Assembly: GCA_963779755.1 (NCBI GenBank)
Contig: CAVZZO010000001.1
Span: forward strand, 1,340,845-1,404,844
DNA: 64,000 nt
Reading direction: 5' to 3'
Origin: an uncultured Gemmatimonadales bacterium
GTDB taxonomy: Bacteria; Gemmatimonadota; Gemmatimonadetes; Gemmatimonadales; GWC2-71-9
Below the pieces are notes generated by a model. That model was not told the DNA's origin. It worked only from the letters and a program-made list of their open reading frames with translations, and made no database searches. The position numbers and the translations under genes are program-made. Of the stretch, positions 61,759 through 64,000 are shown piece after piece (position 1 is the first letter of the stretch; each line of letters opens with the position of its first letter).

Positions 61759-62796
61759 CTAGGCAGAAATGTCGCGGATCTGCGACGGGTGGACCCGGTG
61801 AAACGCGCCTCGTTCGGGGCGGGGGACATGACGCCGTTCCCGCGCTGGAAGGGTGAGCGCGCGTTCTCCCCGCACCCGGTAGCCGGCGCGCCGGGAAGCG
61901 TTGAGGTGCACGATCATCTCTCCGATGAGGCCCAGGGCGATCGCCTGAATCCCGAGGGTCAGCAGCAGGACACCGAGCAGCAGCCAGGGGCGGTCGGCGA
62001 TCCCCGAGGCCCCCGAGAGCCGTTCCACCAGCAGGATCGCCAGCATGGCACCGCCCGCGAGCGAGAGCAGCGAGCCGAGAAACCCGAAGAACCGCAGCGG
62101 TTTGTCGGTGAAGCGGAAGAGGAACATCAACGCCAGAATATCGAGCAACCGGCGCAGGTAGAGGCCGAGGCCATAACCGCGGCGGCCCATGGCGCGGGGG
62201 TGCACCGGGCTCTGCACCTCTTCTACCAGGAATCCTTCGCGCCGCGCCACCAGGGGGAGGTAGCGGACGATATCCCCGTAGAGCCGGATTTCACGCAGCA
62301 CGTAGGGGCGCATTGCCCGTGCGCCGCAGGCGATATCGTGCAGGCGCCCCCCGGCCAGGCGCCCGACCATCGCGTGTAGCAGGCGGGTACGCAGCCCGTT
62401 GATCCAGGCATCGTGCCGCGGCCAGCGCCACGCCACCGCCAGATCGGCTCCCTGCCGCACCCGCTCGATGAGCCCGAGAACGCACCCGGCCTCCACCTGA
62501 CGGTAGGCCGGCAGCGTGACGATGATTTCCCCTTGGCACTGCAAGACGGCGGTGCGCAGCATGGCCGCCTCTCCTACGGGGTGCCCGAACTCCAGGGCGC
62601 GAACCGGGGCGTGCACTCCCTGCAGGGCCTCGAGCGGGCCCAGCAGCGCACTGGTGCCGGGGTGGGTGGCGAAGATGAACTCGTGGCTCAGGCCGGCCGT
62701 CTCGAGCGGCTGCCGGAACTCCTGGTAGAGGTCCACCAGCGACTCCGGCCGCTCCAGCACCGGAACGATGACCGAGACTTCGACGTCGCCCTTCAC
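61759..62796 (-). CDS. family 2 glycosyltransferase with C-terminal TM helices
   Basis: GTG at 62796 overlaps the upstream stop. VSVIVPVLERPESL.. then two C-terminal TM segments and ..LIGEMIVHL... Confidence 0.75.
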   Translation of the reverse strand: MKGDVEVSVIVPVLERPESLVDLYQEFRQPLETAGLSHEFIFATHPGTSALLGPLEALQGVHAPVRALEFGHPVGEAAMLRTAVLQCQGEIIVTLPAYRQVEAGCVLGLIERVRQGADLAVAWRWPRHDAWINGLRTRLLHAMVGRLAGGRLHDIACGARAMRPYVLREIRLYGDIVRYLPLVARREGFLVEEVQSPVHPRAMGRRGYGLGLYLRRLLDILALMFLFRFTDKPLRFFGFLGSLLSLAGGAMLAILLVERLSGASGIADRPWLLLGVLLLTLGIQAIALGLIGEMIVHLNASRRAGYRVRGERALTLPARERRHVPRPERGAFHRVHPSQIRDISA

Positions 62797-63752
62797 AGGA
62801 CCCGCACCCCGGCGAGCAGGGGAGGCTCTTCCTGCTCCTCGCGCGACTTCCGGAGGGCGATCTCTCCCACCAGGCCGACCAGCAGGAGATAACAGCCCAG
62901 CATCAGCCAGAGCAGCATGGAGGCCGGCAGGACGAAGGCATCGGCCATCTGGGCCCGCACCCGGAGCAGCCCCGCAAGCGATGCGCCGCCGAAGATCGCC
63001 GCGGCCGCGAACGCCCCCAGGGCCCCCAGCCCGAACATCTGCAGGGGGCGCTCGCGGAACCAGGAGATCAGCATGATCGTGAGCAGATCAGCCAGAATCT
63101 TGAGGATCCGCGAGAGGCCATACTTGCTCTGGCCGCGCCGCCGGGCGTGGTGGCGGACCGGCATTTCGGTAATCCGGGCTCCGGCGGTAGCCGCCGCGAG
63201 GGCCGGCAGGAAGCGGTGCATGTCGGAGTAGAGCGCCAGTCGCTGGAGCGTCCAACGCCGGTATGCCTTGAGGGAGCAGCCGTTGTCGCGGATATCTACG
63301 TGAGTGATGGCGCGGATGAGGCGATTGGCCACCAGCGAAGGGAGTTTCCGGGTGAGCATCCGGTCCTTCCGCCGCACCCGATATCCCGCTACCAGGTCGT
63401 AGCCCTGGTTCAGCCTGCCCACCAGGCGGGGGATATCCGCCGGATCGTTCTGCAGGTCCCCATCCATGCTCACAACGATGTCCCCCCGTGCAGCATCGAA
63501 CCCGGCCTGCATCGCCTGGGTCTGACCGTAATTACGCGCCAGTTGCAGGGGCCGCACGCGCGGATCGGCTGCGGCCGCGGCCGCACAGCGCTGCGCGCTG
63601 CCGTCGCCGCTGCCGTCATCGACCAGGATCAGCTCCCAGGGGGTGCTGTCACCCAGCGACGAGCGCACCGCGTCCACGAGAGGCTCGATATTGTCCTCTT
63701 CGTTGTAGACGGGGACCACGACCGACAGAAGACCAGGTGGTGCAGGCGTCAT
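62793..63752 (-). CDS. family 2 glycosyltransferase, polyprenyl-phosphate glycosyltransferase-like (GtrB/ArnC/DPM1 type)
   Basis: LSVVVPVYNEEDNIEPL...ELILVDDGSGDGS...NYGQTQAMQAGF...VVSMDGDLQNDP... followed by two C-terminal TM helices. Confidence 0.85.
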   Translation of the reverse strand: MTPAPPGLLSVVVPVYNEEDNIEPLVDAVRSSLGDSTPWELILVDDGSGDGSAQRCAAAAAADPRVRPLQLARNYGQTQAMQAGFDAARGDIVVSMDGDLQNDPADIPRLVGRLNQGYDLVAGYRVRRKDRMLTRKLPSLVANRLIRAITHVDIRDNGCSLKAYRRWTLQRLALYSDMHRFLPALAAATAGARITEMPVRHHARRRGQSKYGLSRILKILADLLTIMLISWFRERPLQMFGLGALGAFAAAAIFGGASLAGLLRVRAQMADAFVLPASMLLWLMLGCYLLLVGLVGEIALRKSREEQEEPPLLAGVRVL

Positions 63753-64000
63753 GGGCTCTTGGGGTTACGGCTCTGGCGAATCCGTGAAAAAGCGCTGTCC
63801 GCACGGTACCCCGCCGCGCGGCCGCGGGCTGTGCGATGTGTCACAGGAAAACTGCGACGCCGGACCCGGACCGCCCTCCGTCCGCAGGCGAAATTCCTAC
63901 TCGGTTCACGTCGCGCCCACCCCGCCGGGCCGGGCGCGGCGCCGCCGGTAGCCATACTCTCAGGAACCCCGAAGCAAAAGGAGCCGCCTGTGCGCCGCGA

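Noticed and set aside
61551-61829. 92-aa minus-strand ORF in the AT-rich spacer.
   Set aside because: It overlaps the 3' end of the GT2 gene in another frame. It has no RBS, and its composition changes abruptly along its length, so it is likely spurious.

Overview
This is a very GC-rich bacterial chromosomal segment. Codon third positions are almost all G/C, so long shadow ORFs occur on opposite strands and in off-frames, and many entries in the six-frame track are artefacts. A guess of a Gemmatimonadota-like diderm is unverified. I can support about 60 genes.

Gene content, left to right:
- Housekeeping and miscellaneous genes: a Gfo/Idh/MocA oxidoreductase, Ku, a rhomboid protease, and deoC followed by a two-module aldehyde dehydrogenase.
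- A K+ channel.
- An unusual minus-strand operon at 8.3-14.1 kb. Three tandem paralogous micro-ORFs are followed by a GAF-GAF-HlyD protein, a HlyD lipoprotein and an M50 protease-HlyD fusion. A SARP/BTAD-AAA regulator is transcribed divergently.
- A large Pho cluster at 16.5-33.4 kb: Ser/Thr kinase, ppx, phoU, two pstB, pstA, pstC, two pstS, a porin, a STAS protein, phoR, phoB, an ArsR regulator and a double 5'-nucleotidase.
- A nucleoside salvage operon (add-nupC-punA).
- thiD, a TrmH-family methyltransferase, a prepilin peptidase, an HExxH lipoprotein and a DUF445 protein.
- An Avd-like four-helix-bundle gene, then the conserved ffh-rpsP-rimM-trmD-rplS-rnhB block and an M1 aminopeptidase.
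- tRNA-Lys(UUU), followed by small accessory genes: an AbiV-like protein and a conserved membrane-protein pair.
- ilvE, a class A beta-lactamase-like hydrolase, two lytic transglycosylases, moaC, holB and two GT2 glycosyltransferases.

Main hunt results:
1. The micro-ORF / GAF-HlyD / M50-HlyD locus is a candidate uncharacterised peptide processing, export or signalling system.
2. A pervasive family of intergenic hairpins is built from tandem 7-9-mers. One copy appears to be inserted in frame in ffh, and inverted arrays bracket the four-helix-bundle gene.
3. Heptad direct repeats with 11-nt phasing lie next to the SARP-type regulator.
4. Two homopolymer-associated frameshifts occur, one in the ALDH fusion and one in the nucleotidase.

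All calls come from reading the sequence and from remembered family motifs. No database search was run.
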